From Pseudomonadaceae bacterium (GTDB lineage: Bacteria; Pseudomonadota; Gammaproteobacteria; Pseudomonadales; Pseudomonadaceae), in the NCBI GenBank assembly GCA_900766265.1, contig CAAFUS010000013.1, positions 255,940 to 319,939 on the forward strand: 64,000 nucleotides of DNA, given 5' to 3'. Below, piece by piece: positions 11,136 through 20,093 of the stretch. The notes under the pieces were generated by a model, which saw only the letters and a program-made list of their open reading frames with translations, was not told the origin of the DNA and ran no database searches. The position numbers were made by a program, and so were the translations under genes. Within the stretch, counting starts at the first letter, position 1. Each line of letters opens with the position of its first letter.

Positions 11136-12158
11136 TTACATCTGCATGACGATGCGGCCTTCGATGCGTCCGGCGCGAAGGTCGTCGAAGATGCGGTTGA
11201 CGTTGTCCAGCGTGTCGGTGTGGACGGTCGCCTTGACCAGCCCTTCGCCGGCAAAGTCCAGCGCCTCCTGAAGGTCGGCGCGGGTGCCGACGATCGAGCC
11301 GGTGATGCTGATCGCCTTGAGCACCACATCGAAGATCGGTGTCGGGAAGTCGCCCGGCGGCAACCCGACCAGCGCCACGGTGCCGTGCCGCCGCGCCATG
11401 CCGATCGCCTGGCCGAAAGCACTGTTGGACACCGCGGTGACCAGCACACCGTGGGCACCGCCGATGTCGCGCTGGATCACCGCCACCGGATCCTCGGTGC
11501 GCGCGTTGACGGTCAGGCTGGCGCCGAGCCTGCGCGCCAGTTCCAGCTTGGCGTGGTCCACGTCCACGGCGGCCACGTGCAGGCCCATCGCCCTGGCGTA
11601 CTGCACTGCCGCATGGCCGAGACCGCCGATACCCGAGATCACCACCCACTGGCCCGGGCGCGCATTGGTCACCTTCAGGCCCTTGTAGACGGTGACGCCG
11701 GCGCAGAGGATCGGGGCGATCTCGTCGAAGGCGACTTCATTGGGCAGGATGCCGACGTAATCCGGGTCGGCCAGTACGTATTCGGCGTAGCCGCCGTTGA
11801 CGGAATAGCCGGTGTTCTGCTGGCCTGCGCAGAGCGTTTCCCAGCCGTTCAGGCAGTGCTCGCAGCAGCCGCAGGCGGTGTACAGCCAGGGCACGCCGAC
11901 GCGGTCGCCTTCCTTGACGCGGCTGACGCCGGCCCCGACCGCGGCCACATGGCCGACGCCCTCGTGACCGGGAATGAACGGCAGCGCCGGCTTGACCGGC
12001 CAGTCGCCGTCGGCGGCGTGCAGGTCGGTGTGGCAGACACCCGAGGCGGCGATCTTCACCAGGATCTGTCCGGGGCCTGGCAGGGGAACCCTGACTTCCT
12101 CCAGGCGCAGGGGTTCGCCGAAGGCATGGACTACCGCGGCTTTCATCGTCTGGGCCAT
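11136..12158 (-). CDS. adhA: Zinc-dependent alcohol dehydrogenase
   Basis: Zinc motif GHEGVGHV, structural-zinc Cys cluster CGCCEHC, and NAD-binding GIGGLGH. The position next to purEK matches P. aeruginosa adhA synteny as I remember it. Confidence 0.85.
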   Translation of the reverse strand: MAQTMKAAVVHAFGEPLRLEEVRVPLPGPGQILVKIAASGVCHTDLHAADGDWPVKPALPFIPGHEGVGHVAAVGAGVSRVKEGDRVGVPWLYTACGCCEHCLNGWETLCAGQQNTGYSVNGGYAEYVLADPDYVGILPNEVAFDEIAPILCAGVTVYKGLKVTNARPGQWVVISGIGGLGHAAVQYARAMGLHVAAVDVDHAKLELARRLGASLTVNARTEDPVAVIQRDIGGAHGVLVTAVSNSAFGQAIGMARRHGTVALVGLPPGDFPTPIFDVVLKAISITGSIVGTRADLQEALDFAGEGLVKATVHTDTLDNVNRIFDDLRAGRIEGRIVMQM

Positions 12159-12378
12159 GGTGCTTCCTCCAATGATGGTCGACGGGTCGAGTCTGCGAGC
12201 CTGAGGCAGGCGAGCCTAGACACAGGTCAACGTCATCGCCAATCCGGCGCCTGATGCGACGAGCGGTTGCGCCGCTCGTCCAGTGCGGCGCGGACGGTGC
12301 AGGTACGTGTGTCCCCGCACGGGCCATGGGCTATACTGCGCGGCCTTCGGTTGGCAGGCGCCAACCTTGATCACCACA

Positions 12379-12416
12379 CGAGCCACGCCCGGTCCACCCG
12401 GCGTGGCTCGTTTATT
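12379..12416 (+). promoter_or_regulatory. Terminator-like hairpin in the purE leader (possible attenuator or small-RNA 3' end)
   Basis: Perfect 11-bp stem CGAGCCACGCC/GGCGTGGCTCG (12379-12389 / 12400-12410), 10-nt loop, then TTTATT. It lies 38 nt upstream of the purE ATG. No plus-strand gene lies upstream. Confidence 0.35.
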
Positions 12417-12453
12417 GATGCGCCCGGCCGGGCGCCCGATGAGAGGCACGACG

Positions 12454-12945
12454 ATGAGCGCACTGGTAGGCGTGATCATGGGCTCCAAGTCCGACTGGTC
12501 CACCTTGAGCCACACCGCCGACATGCTGGAAAAGCTGGGCATTCCCCACGAAGTCACCGTGGTATCGGCGCACCGTACGCCGGACCTGCTGTTCCAGTAC
12601 GCCGAACAGGCCGAAGCGCGCGGCCTGCGCGTGATCATCGCCGGCGCCGGTGGCGCGGCGCACCTGCCGGGCATGTGCGCGGCCAAGACCCACCTGCCGG
12701 TGCTCGGCGTGCCGGTGCAGTCCTCGATGCTGTCGGGCGTCGACTCGCTGCTGTCGATCGTGCAGATGCCGGCTGGCGTACCGGTCGCCACCCTGGCCAT
12801 CGGCAAGGCCGGCGCGGTCAACGCCGCGCTGCTCGCCGCGAGCATCATCGGCCATGAATTTCCCGAGTATCACGCCGCGCTCAAGCAGTTCCGTCAGGAA
12901 CAGACCGATACCGTGCTGAGCAACCCGGACCCGCGCGAGGCCTGA
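12454..12945 (+). CDS. purE: N5-carboxyaminoimidazole ribonucleotide mutase
   Basis: [15 protein letters not shown]..., AHRTPD and GGAAHLPGM motifs. The start was set to the ATG at 12454; the 57-codon upstream extension in the track is non-homologous. Confidence 0.93.
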   Translation: MSALVGVIMGSKSDWSTLSHTADMLEKLGIPHEVTVVSAHRTPDLLFQYAEQAEARGLRVIIAGAGGAAHLPGMCAAKTHLPVLGVPVQSSMLSGVDSLLSIVQMPAGVPVATLAIGKAGAVNAALLAASIIGHEFPEYHAALKQFRQEQTDTVLSNPDPREA

Positions 12946-12948
12946 CAG

Positions 12949-14034
12949 ATGAAGATCGGTGTAATTGGGGGCGGTCAGCTGGGCCGCATGCTGGCGCTGG
13001 CGGGCACCCCGCTGGGGATGGACTTCGCCTTTCTCGACCCGGCGCCCGATGCCTGCGCGGCCGCTCTGGGCGAGCACATTCGCGCCGATTACGGCGATCA
13101 GGACCATCTGCGCCAGCTGGCCGACGAAGTGGACCTGGTGACCTTCGAGTTCGAAAGCGTGCCGGCCGAGACGGTCGCCTTCCTGTCGCAGTTCGTGCCG
13201 GTCTATCCGTCGGCCGACGCGCTGCGTATCGCCCGTGACCGCTGGTTCGAAAAGTCCATGTTCCAGGAGCTGGGCATCCCGACGCCGGAATTCGCCGACA
13301 TCCAGTCGCAGGCCGACCTGGACGCCGCGGTCGCCCGCATCGGCCTGCCGGCCGTGCTCAAGACCCGCACCCTGGGCTACGACGGCAAGGGCCAGAAGGT
13401 GCTGCGCAAGGCCGCCGACGTCAGCAACGCATTCGCCGAACTGGGCAGCGTGCCCTGCATCCTGGAAGGCTTCGTGCCTTTCACGGGCGAGGTATCGCTG
13501 ATCGCTGTGCGCGGACGCGATGGCGACACGCGCTTCTACCCGCTGGTGCACAACACCCATGAAGCCGGCATCCTGAGGTTGTCGGTGGCCAGCAGCGCGC
13601 ACCCGCTGCAGGCGCTGGCCCAGGACTACGTCGGGCGGGTGCTGGAAAAGCTCGACTACGTGGGTGTGCTCGCCTTCGAATTCTTCGAGGTCGACGGCGG
13701 GCTCAAAGCCAACGAGATCGCTCCGCGGGTCCACAACTCCGGCCACTGGACTATCGAAGGCGCCGAGTGCAGCCAGTTCGAGAACCACCTGCGGGCGATC
13801 GCTGGCCTGCCGCTGGGCCCCACCGACAAGCTGGGGGAGAGCGCTATGCTCAACTTCATCGGTGAGGTGCCGCCGGTGGCCAAGGTGGTGGCGATCGAAG
13901 ATTGCCATCTGCATCACTACGGCAAGGCCTTCAAGGTCGGCCGCAAGGTGGGTCACGCGACCCTGCGATGCCCGGACCGCGCGACCCTGGACCGGCAGAT
14001 CACCGCGGTCGAGTCGTTGATCGAGCGCAGCTGA
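12949..14034 (+). CDS. purK: 5-(carboxyamino)imidazole ribonucleotide synthase
   Basis: ATP-grasp protein starting MKIGVIGGGQLGRM, 3 nt after purE; 361 aa. Confidence 0.92.
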   Translation: MKIGVIGGGQLGRMLALAGTPLGMDFAFLDPAPDACAAALGEHIRADYGDQDHLRQLADEVDLVTFEFESVPAETVAFLSQFVPVYPSADALRIARDRWFEKSMFQELGIPTPEFADIQSQADLDAAVARIGLPAVLKTRTLGYDGKGQKVLRKAADVSNAFAELGSVPCILEGFVPFTGEVSLIAVRGRDGDTRFYPLVHNTHEAGILRLSVASSAHPLQALAQDYVGRVLEKLDYVGVLAFEFFEVDGGLKANEIAPRVHNSGHWTIEGAECSQFENHLRAIAGLPLGPTDKLGESAMLNFIGEVPPVAKVVAIEDCHLHHYGKAFKVGRKVGHATLRCPDRATLDRQITAVESLIERS

Positions 14035-14145
14035 TACCCCGTGAGCCCCGCCCGGAGGCTCGCGGTCGGCACCCTCTCAGGCGAACTGCGCCGGCACTCA
14101 TTGGTCGGATGAGGTACGCGGCTTTTCGCGCAAGACCTGGGAGTA

Positions 14146-14403
14146 ATGCCAATGGGTATCATCGGAACCATCATCATCGGCCTGATCGTCGGTCTCATCG
14201 CACGTTTCCTCAAGCCGGGCAACGACAGCATGGGCTGGATCATGACCATCCTGCTCGGTATCGGCGGCTCGCTGCTCGCGACTTACGGCGGCCAGGCGCT
14301 GGGCCTCTATCAAGCGGGCGAGGGCGCGGGCTTTATCGGCGCAGTCGTCGGTGCGATCATCCTGCTGGTGATATACAACATGGTCACCAGCCGTAAGCAC
14401 TGA
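14146..14403 (+). CDS. GlsB/YeaQ/YmgE-family stress-response membrane protein
   Basis: 85 aa, three Gly-rich hydrophobic segments, typical family pattern (GIIGTIIIGLIVGLIARFLKPG). Confidence 0.8.
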   Translation: MPMGIIGTIIIGLIVGLIARFLKPGNDSMGWIMTILLGIGGSLLATYGGQALGLYQAGEGAGFIGAVVGAIILLVIYNMVTSRKH

Positions 14404-14455
14404 CCTACCGCGCAGGGGCTGCCCTGGCGGCCCTTGCATCCTAGCCGTAACCACC

Positions 14456-14992
14456 ATGTCCCGACCGATACTGCTACTGCTTCTTCTAATCGCATCCTTC
14501 GCTCACGCCGCACCTGCCGAACTCGACTGGCTGGAGTTGATGCCGCCCGAAGACCGTGCGGCACTCGAATCCATGCCCGAGATCAGCCATGACACGCCTG
14601 AGGGCCTGGGCTTCAGCGACAAGGGTGGGCTCAGGCAGCAGGGCGACCTTCCCGAAGTGATGTATTCGGCCAAGACGGTTCCGGTGCTCGACGGCAAGGC
14701 GCTTCGCCTGGGAGGCTATCCGGTACCGCTGGAAACCGACGAGCGCGGGCGCAGCACCGAATTCTTCCTGGTGCCCTATCCCGGCGCCTGCATCCACGTG
14801 CCGCCACCGCCACCCAACCAGATCGTGCTGGTCCGCTACCCCAAAGGCCTGCAGCTCGACGACATCTACACGCCGCTCTGGGTGGACGGCACGCTGCGGA
14901 TCGAGCCGGTCAGCAACGACATGGCCGACGCCGCCTATGCGATCGATGCCGCGGCGGTGAAGGTCATCGAGGAAGACGACCTCCAGTTCTAA
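14456..14992 (+). CDS. Secreted DUF3299-like protein
   Basis: Signal peptide (LLLLLLIASFAHA) followed by sequence I associate with DUF3299; 178 aa. Confidence 0.55.
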   Translation: MSRPILLLLLLIASFAHAAPAELDWLELMPPEDRAALESMPEISHDTPEGLGFSDKGGLRQQGDLPEVMYSAKTVPVLDGKALRLGGYPVPLETDERGRSTEFFLVPYPGACIHVPPPPPNQIVLVRYPKGLQLDDIYTPLWVDGTLRIEPVSNDMADAAYAIDAAAVKVIEEDDLQF

Positions 14993-15005
14993 CCGGAGCC
15001 ACGGC

Positions 15006-15680
15006 ATGCCTCTCGCCAAACAGCAGCGCCAGGCCTTTCGCGACCTCGCCCATGACACCCGGGGTATCGACGTGGAGATCTACGCCCGCTTCGGCAAGGA
15101 CCCGCTCGAGCCGTTGGTCGGTCTGGGCCGCCGGGACGCACCGCTGGCCTTCTTCGGCCGCGATCCCGGGCGTGATGAGGTGAAACATGGCGAGCCCTTC
15201 ATCGGCAGTGGCGGGCAGATCGTGCGCAAGGTTCTCTACCGGCACCTGCACGGCGAGCCGATGCCCGACTTCGAGGCGAGTCGGACCTTGAGCCGGGACT
15301 ATTTCTGGATAAACACCGTGCCGTACAAGCCGATCGGCAACAAGGCGTGGTCCATGCAGGTGAAGCGACGCTTCCACCCGCTGATGCGACGCCTGCTGAT
15401 CGAAGGCTGGCAGGGCCGCGACATCATCACCCTCGGCCGTGAGGCTTTTCTCTGGTTCGGAATCGAACAGCCGAAGGTCGTGCGCGAGGCGCTTAAGCAG
15501 TTCTGGCAGCGCGACGATCGGTTCGACGCCAGCATCGAGGTCGACTTGCAGACTGATGGGGGTACCGCACGTCGCTTCCGCCTGCACCCGCTGCCCCATC
15601 CTTCGCCGCTCAACCAGACCTGGTTCAAGCGATTCCCCGACCTGCTCGAGGCACGCTTGAGCATCCTCGCGCCGGCATGA
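15006..15680 (+). CDS. Uracil-DNA glycosylase superfamily protein (family 4/5-like)
   Basis: Motif GRDPGRDEVKHGEPFIGSGG (the GE-x-PG...PF-x-G type) and a C-terminal HPLPHPSPLN motif. Confidence 0.7.
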   Translation: MPLAKQQRQAFRDLAHDTRGIDVEIYARFGKDPLEPLVGLGRRDAPLAFFGRDPGRDEVKHGEPFIGSGGQIVRKVLYRHLHGEPMPDFEASRTLSRDYFWINTVPYKPIGNKAWSMQVKRRFHPLMRRLLIEGWQGRDIITLGREAFLWFGIEQPKVVREALKQFWQRDDRFDASIEVDLQTDGGTARRFRLHPLPHPSPLNQTWFKRFPDLLEARLSILAPA

Positions 15681-15689
15681 CGCACGGCT

Positions 15690-16838
15690 TTATCGATCGA
15701 TCACGCCGTTGCGCTCGAGCCGATAGGCACTGACGGACTCGTAGACCGCCTTGCGCAGCCGGTTAATGCCGCCGATGGGGCGGTGTTCGGGTAGCGCATG
15801 CCAGGGGTTGAACGACAGGTTGTCGCAATCGAGGTTCTGTTCGGGGCTGTCGAAGTCCTGTGGGGGCACCCGGACGTCCGCCACCGTCTCGAACGGGGAG
15901 ATCGCCTCGTCCCACTCGATGCTGGTGTCTTCGATAGGCATGTAATGGTCGGCGTTCTGCCGTTGGACCTGCAGCGTGAAGCAGGCCGGCACGCGGTCCA
16001 GGGACAACTGCCGGTAGAGCGCGCTGCGCAGGAAGTTGGGCAGGTCGCGATTCAGCTCGGGCAACACGTAGTGGGGGCAGTTCTCCGGCGCCGGTACCAC
16101 GCGGTACTTGATGTTCAGCGGCCCCAGGGTGAAGGGCGCAACCGAATGGTAGGTGGTCGTCATCGGGCTCGGCGGCGCGGGGGAGAGCGTCTTCAGCGCG
16201 ATGATCAGGTGGCGCAGCTCCCAGCTGCGTGGGTCCCATTCAGGGAAGAACGCCAGCACCCGCTTGCCCTCTGCCTGGGCGGCGAAGTTGCTGCGGTATT
16301 CGGCCACGTCCCGTACGAAAAACGCCGAATGGTTGAACATCACGAAGTCCTGTTCCAGCGCATGGCGTGGGTTGCGCGTGAGTTTTTCGCCCGGCACGTC
16401 CAGCAGCTTCAGAGCCATGCCCCGGGCGTCGCGCACGCGGTCGAATTGCGGGTAGGCGTTGCCGTTGGACAGCCGCATCCAGGCGTCCCACTGCTTGCCT
16501 GGCTCGGCGAATACGCCATGCTTGAGCGCCGGTTCGATATCCTCGCGTACCTTTACTTCGGCTTTGACGCAGCCATGGGCCTTGGCGTGGGCGTCGCGCA
16601 GTAGGCGGGTGTTCTCGCGGTGCTGTTCGACCACCGAGATGGCGTCGGCAATGATCGCCTGGGTGTCGGACGCCTCGCTGAGCGGAACCTCTTCCTCGGT
16701 GGAGACCGGCCCCGAGTACCTCACGGCATCGAACAGGGTCTCTATCAGCCCGCCGACGAGACCGACGACCAGGACCACCAGCACGAGCCGGCCGAGCAGG
16801 CGGCCAAACCAGAGCCAACATTTCTTGAGCATGTGCAA
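15690..16838 (-). CDS. Membrane-anchored catalase-related haem protein (small catalase-core family)
   Basis: N-terminal hydrophobic anchor. Distal-His type motif RDAHAKAHG and C-terminal R-x-x-x-Y (RKAVY) resembling the catalase proximal Tyr motif. At 382 aa it is much shorter than a true catalase. Confidence 0.7.
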   Translation of the reverse strand: MHMLKKCWLWFGRLLGRLVLVVLVVGLVGGLIETLFDAVRYSGPVSTEEEVPLSEASDTQAIIADAISVVEQHRENTRLLRDAHAKAHGCVKAEVKVREDIEPALKHGVFAEPGKQWDAWMRLSNGNAYPQFDRVRDARGMALKLLDVPGEKLTRNPRHALEQDFVMFNHSAFFVRDVAEYRSNFAAQAEGKRVLAFFPEWDPRSWELRHLIIALKTLSPAPPSPMTTTYHSVAPFTLGPLNIKYRVVPAPENCPHYVLPELNRDLPNFLRSALYRQLSLDRVPACFTLQVQRQNADHYMPIEDTSIEWDEAISPFETVADVRVPPQDFDSPEQNLDCDNLSFNPWHALPEHRPIGGINRLRKAVYESVSAYRLERNGVIDR

Positions 16839-16864
16839 AATCCTTCTGCAGTAGGTTCGAAGCT

Positions 16865-18736
16865 TCAGCCGCAGCGCGGTCCCGGCGTCCAGGGTCGGGG
16901 CGTCACCTCGCTCAGTCGCGCTTCCATCTGCGGGTCGCCCAGTACTTTCAGGTACTCGACCAGCGCCCAGCGTTCATGGGGCTGCAGGGCGCGGCCAATC
17001 ACCCCGTCTTGTCGGCAACCGGCGCGAAATTCGTGGCCCTGGTTGCCGTTGCCGGTGATTGTGGTGTCGAGCAGAAAGCCGCCGGGGAACCGCTCGCTGC
17101 GAAAGCCCACGCGCACCGGATCGAACTCCGCGCTGCCCACCCAGAAGCGTGTCTGGCGCTCGGCGACCGGCGACAGCAACTCGAACAGGTTCGCCACCGA
17201 GCCGTTGTGCAGGAAGGGCGGCGTCGCCCAGACACCTTCCAGCGGCCGGGCCTTGTAACCACGGATCTCCTGCACCCCGATGGGCAGGCCGAAGCCGTCG
17301 AACTCGGCGCGCTCGGCCTCGCCGATACCGGCTTCACGATAGGCGCGCTCTTCGACATAGGCGGTGATGTAGGCCAACCCCTTGGCACTGGAGAGGCTGC
17401 TCAGGTCCAGCGGGCCGGACGCCTCGCCCTCGAGGCGCACGTCCAGCCGGTCGAGTTCTTCCTGCGTCCAGCCCAGGCGGGACAGGTCGAAGCGGTGATC
17501 GGCAATGTTGTCGGCCGTGGTCGGATCGGTACCCACTACCGAGGTGGGGATCACCGGCAGTTGCCACTCTGGATCGCGCTCCGGCGCGAAACGCTGGTCG
17601 ACGGGCTTGGGCCGGGCCCCGTGGCAATGAGCACAATTCTCGCGGAACAGGGCACGACCCAGGCTGGCCTGCTGCAGGTCGATCTTGCCGAGTACCTGTT
17701 CCGGCCAGCGTGGCGGGGCCAGACGCATGAGCGTGATTTCAAGCGTATGCATGTCACGCACCCGCACCCCGGAGGCGTAACGCTCGGCTTCGGGCAACGG
17801 CTCGCCGTTTTCCCCCAGCAGGTGCAACGTCGCCCCGACGCCAAGTGCTTCGCCGATATTGCGCGCCATCGGCTGCATGGCCGAGCCGTTCCATTGCACC
17901 CAGTCGAACTTCCAGATGTCCCACAGCTGGGGATAACTGACCGGGGCGTTGGCGACGCGGTAGTTGCCGGCATCGATAGCATCGCCGAACACGCTGTTGG
18001 CGATGCGACCGAACGCATCGGTGCGTCCGAAACCTTCCTCGGTCGGATAGAGCCCGCGATGCCAGTCGTTGTAAGCCGTGCCCAGCAGACGGTCGAGCAC
18101 CTGCTTGAAGTCCTCGCGAAGCCGATCGCGGTCGCGCTCGTAGTCGTCGCCGAGTACCTCCTGGGCGAAACGGCGAAACTTCAGCGGGTTGTAGTAGGTG
18201 AAGGCCATGCTCATGCCGAGCGCCTGCCCGAAGCCGCCGCCGCGCAACGTCGGCACGGTCGAGGCCAGCGAATGCATCGCCGCGCCGCCATCGATACGCA
18301 CGGCTTGCCCGCCATGGCGCAGCTCGCCGGTGTGGCAGGCCGCACAGGTGATATCAAGATAGGCGACGCCGGTGCTCGCGTCTTCATGACGGGCAAAACC
18401 CACCGGCAGGTTGCCGGGGTTGAGTGGGGAAGGGTGCTGCTGCGGATCGACCAAAAAACCGAACCGCGCGAGGTACTCGGGCGCAGCCAGCCGGTCGCGG
18501 CTGAACGGCCTTTCCAACGCGCCGAACCAGGCGTAGTGCAGGCCTTTCACCTGCGTACCCTGTGGCGTGTAGTAATAAGTCTGCCGATCTGCCTCGCTCC
18601 ACTGGTCGAGGTAATGCAGCGCTCGAGGCGGCTCATAGTCTGGCAGGTTGGGATAGGCGACAAAACAAAGCCCCACCCCCACCAGCAACACAGCCACAAC
18701 CAGAAGCCCGCACAGGGCACGTCGTAGTAATCGCAT
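16865..18736 (-). CDS. Di-haem cytochrome c peroxidase-like / RoxA-like oxidoreductase
   Basis: N-terminal signal/anchor and two CxxCH haem-c motifs (CAACH, CAHCH) about 235 residues apart. It is 623 aa and lies downstream of the catalase-related gene on the same strand (26-nt gap). Confidence 0.7.
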   Translation of the reverse strand: MRLLRRALCGLLVVAVLLVGVGLCFVAYPNLPDYEPPRALHYLDQWSEADRQTYYYTPQGTQVKGLHYAWFGALERPFSRDRLAAPEYLARFGFLVDPQQHPSPLNPGNLPVGFARHEDASTGVAYLDITCAACHTGELRHGGQAVRIDGGAAMHSLASTVPTLRGGGFGQALGMSMAFTYYNPLKFRRFAQEVLGDDYERDRDRLREDFKQVLDRLLGTAYNDWHRGLYPTEEGFGRTDAFGRIANSVFGDAIDAGNYRVANAPVSYPQLWDIWKFDWVQWNGSAMQPMARNIGEALGVGATLHLLGENGEPLPEAERYASGVRVRDMHTLEITLMRLAPPRWPEQVLGKIDLQQASLGRALFRENCAHCHGARPKPVDQRFAPERDPEWQLPVIPTSVVGTDPTTADNIADHRFDLSRLGWTQEELDRLDVRLEGEASGPLDLSSLSSAKGLAYITAYVEERAYREAGIGEAERAEFDGFGLPIGVQEIRGYKARPLEGVWATPPFLHNGSVANLFELLSPVAERQTRFWVGSAEFDPVRVGFRSERFPGGFLLDTTITGNGNQGHEFRAGCRQDGVIGRALQPHERWALVEYLKVLGDPQMEARLSEVTPRPWTPGPRCG

Positions 18737-18854
18737 CGGTCACGTCCTTGTAGTGCTATGGCGATGGAGCGTTTATGGCAGGGTCTGGTGGAGATGGCAA
18801 TATGATGTCGTTGGTTTCGCGGTGACGCATTAGCTTGAGTGCGGTCTCGGACAG

Positions 18855-19283
18855 TTATTCAAGGTTAAGCAAGCTTCCATCCACCGAGGCTGAAAGGCAT
18901 GAGATATAAGTTAAGTAGTTTGAATTTCTCTTAACTAATATGCCATGCCTGGGCTCTTGGATGTCAGTAACCCTGTTGGTGCTGGATATCACTGTGTACG
19001 TATATCCGCCATTACTGAAGCTAATAGAGTTAGTCAGTTCGCTGCCAGAGGCGTTGCCTATTAAGATTTCAACCTCATCTAATGTTTTTTTTAATTCTAG
19101 CTCTGGTGGATGATTACGTCGTCCAAAAGTATAAGTAATCGTATCGTCGTGCTTATGTAGTTCGATGAGCTTGTTGGATTCCGTTGTGCAGCTGAAGAGG
19201 GGTTTAGGCTCGTCGATAGGCTTTGCCGCTAGAATGGACGAGAAAGCTAAAGTCAGGGCTAGTGCAAAATGCGAGATGTTCAT
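18855..19283 (-). CDS. Hypothetical secreted protein, AT-rich (candidate orphan T6SS immunity protein)
   Basis: 142 aa with a signal peptide (MNISHFALALTLAFSSILAA) and two Cys. Codon usage is markedly AT-richer than the flanking core genes. It lies at the distal end of the vgrG cargo region. Confidence 0.55.
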   Translation of the reverse strand: MNISHFALALTLAFSSILAAKPIDEPKPLFSCTTESNKLIELHKHDDTITYTFGRRNHPPELELKKTLDEVEILIGNASGSELTNSISFSNGGYTYTVISSTNRVTDIQEPRHGILVKRNSNYLTYISCLSASVDGSLLNLE

Positions 19284-20093
19284 TTGGCGATCGCTTGGTT
19301 AGTTATTGAAGATATCTTTGTCTTTTGGTTATTTTAATATCTGTGCTTTCCACAGTCTTTCAAAACTTTCCGTCTTGCTCGATAACTATCCGTATTTAGG
19401 TTCGCTACCTTTGTTATCGAGTCCACCGTCGCTGAAAAAGCACCTTTATCTGAAAGTTCGTACAGTCTATTTTATATCCAGAGATCTGCAGCCGATCGAG
19501 TGGCGTACTTCATGGTTAGTAAGAGATCGGGCTGCTCTGTAAAGTCCAAATCTTTGTCGGCTGGCCAATGTTAGTGAGCCGATTGTTCCAAGATGTCAGC
19601 GCTTCGTAATTGTGCCCTGGCTAGCTGGGCAGATTAATGTAGAACTATTGTCGGTATTAGGCGGCAATCCATGTTTACTATCCGGATTGAGCTAGCAAAA
19701 GTTAGTAAGATAGTTTGGCTTGTCGAAAAATATGCAGCTACAAAGATGACTGCAATCACGGTACAGCGGTTGACAAGCGCGGCGACCCTAGCAGGTATTA
19801 GTTTCTCCCTTCCAGATTATTCATTTTGATTCGTATCTTTTGTAGTAAGGTTTCGCCTCCTCTTGAAGGTCTTTCCCTCAGAGAACGTCGGCTATGTTCA
19901 GTAAAAGTACGGTGCGCTCAGGCGCAATTTTTTCAACGTTTCGAAGTACTTGAAGTGCTAGATCAAAGTCGCTCGCTTCAGCTAGCGCGTAAGTGTTTAT
20001 TTATCATGCATTGTAGTTGGCGTGCTCGGCTCTAGTTCCGATAGATTCGAGAGGCTCGGCAGGCACGTTTTATTGATAAATTCGTCCCATATG

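Noticed and set aside
12412-13956. 514-aa minus-strand ORF opposite purE and purK
   Set aside because: It runs antisense to two unambiguous purine-biosynthesis genes and has a composition-driven open frame.
19640-19790. Possible ~44-codon hydrophobic minus-strand peptide (GTG start; VIAVIFVAAYFSTSQTILLTFASS...) in the AT-rich stretch
   Set aside because: It has no Shine-Dalgarno sequence and only a GTG start. Hydrophobic peptides arise easily from T-rich DNA, so it is too speculative to call.
19306-20035. Two short plus-strand ORFs (78 and 69 aa) in the AT-rich stretch
   Set aside because: They run opposite to the operon direction, have low-complexity Leu/Ser/Phe-rich products, and show no start context. 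I treat them as chance ORFs in decayed DNA.
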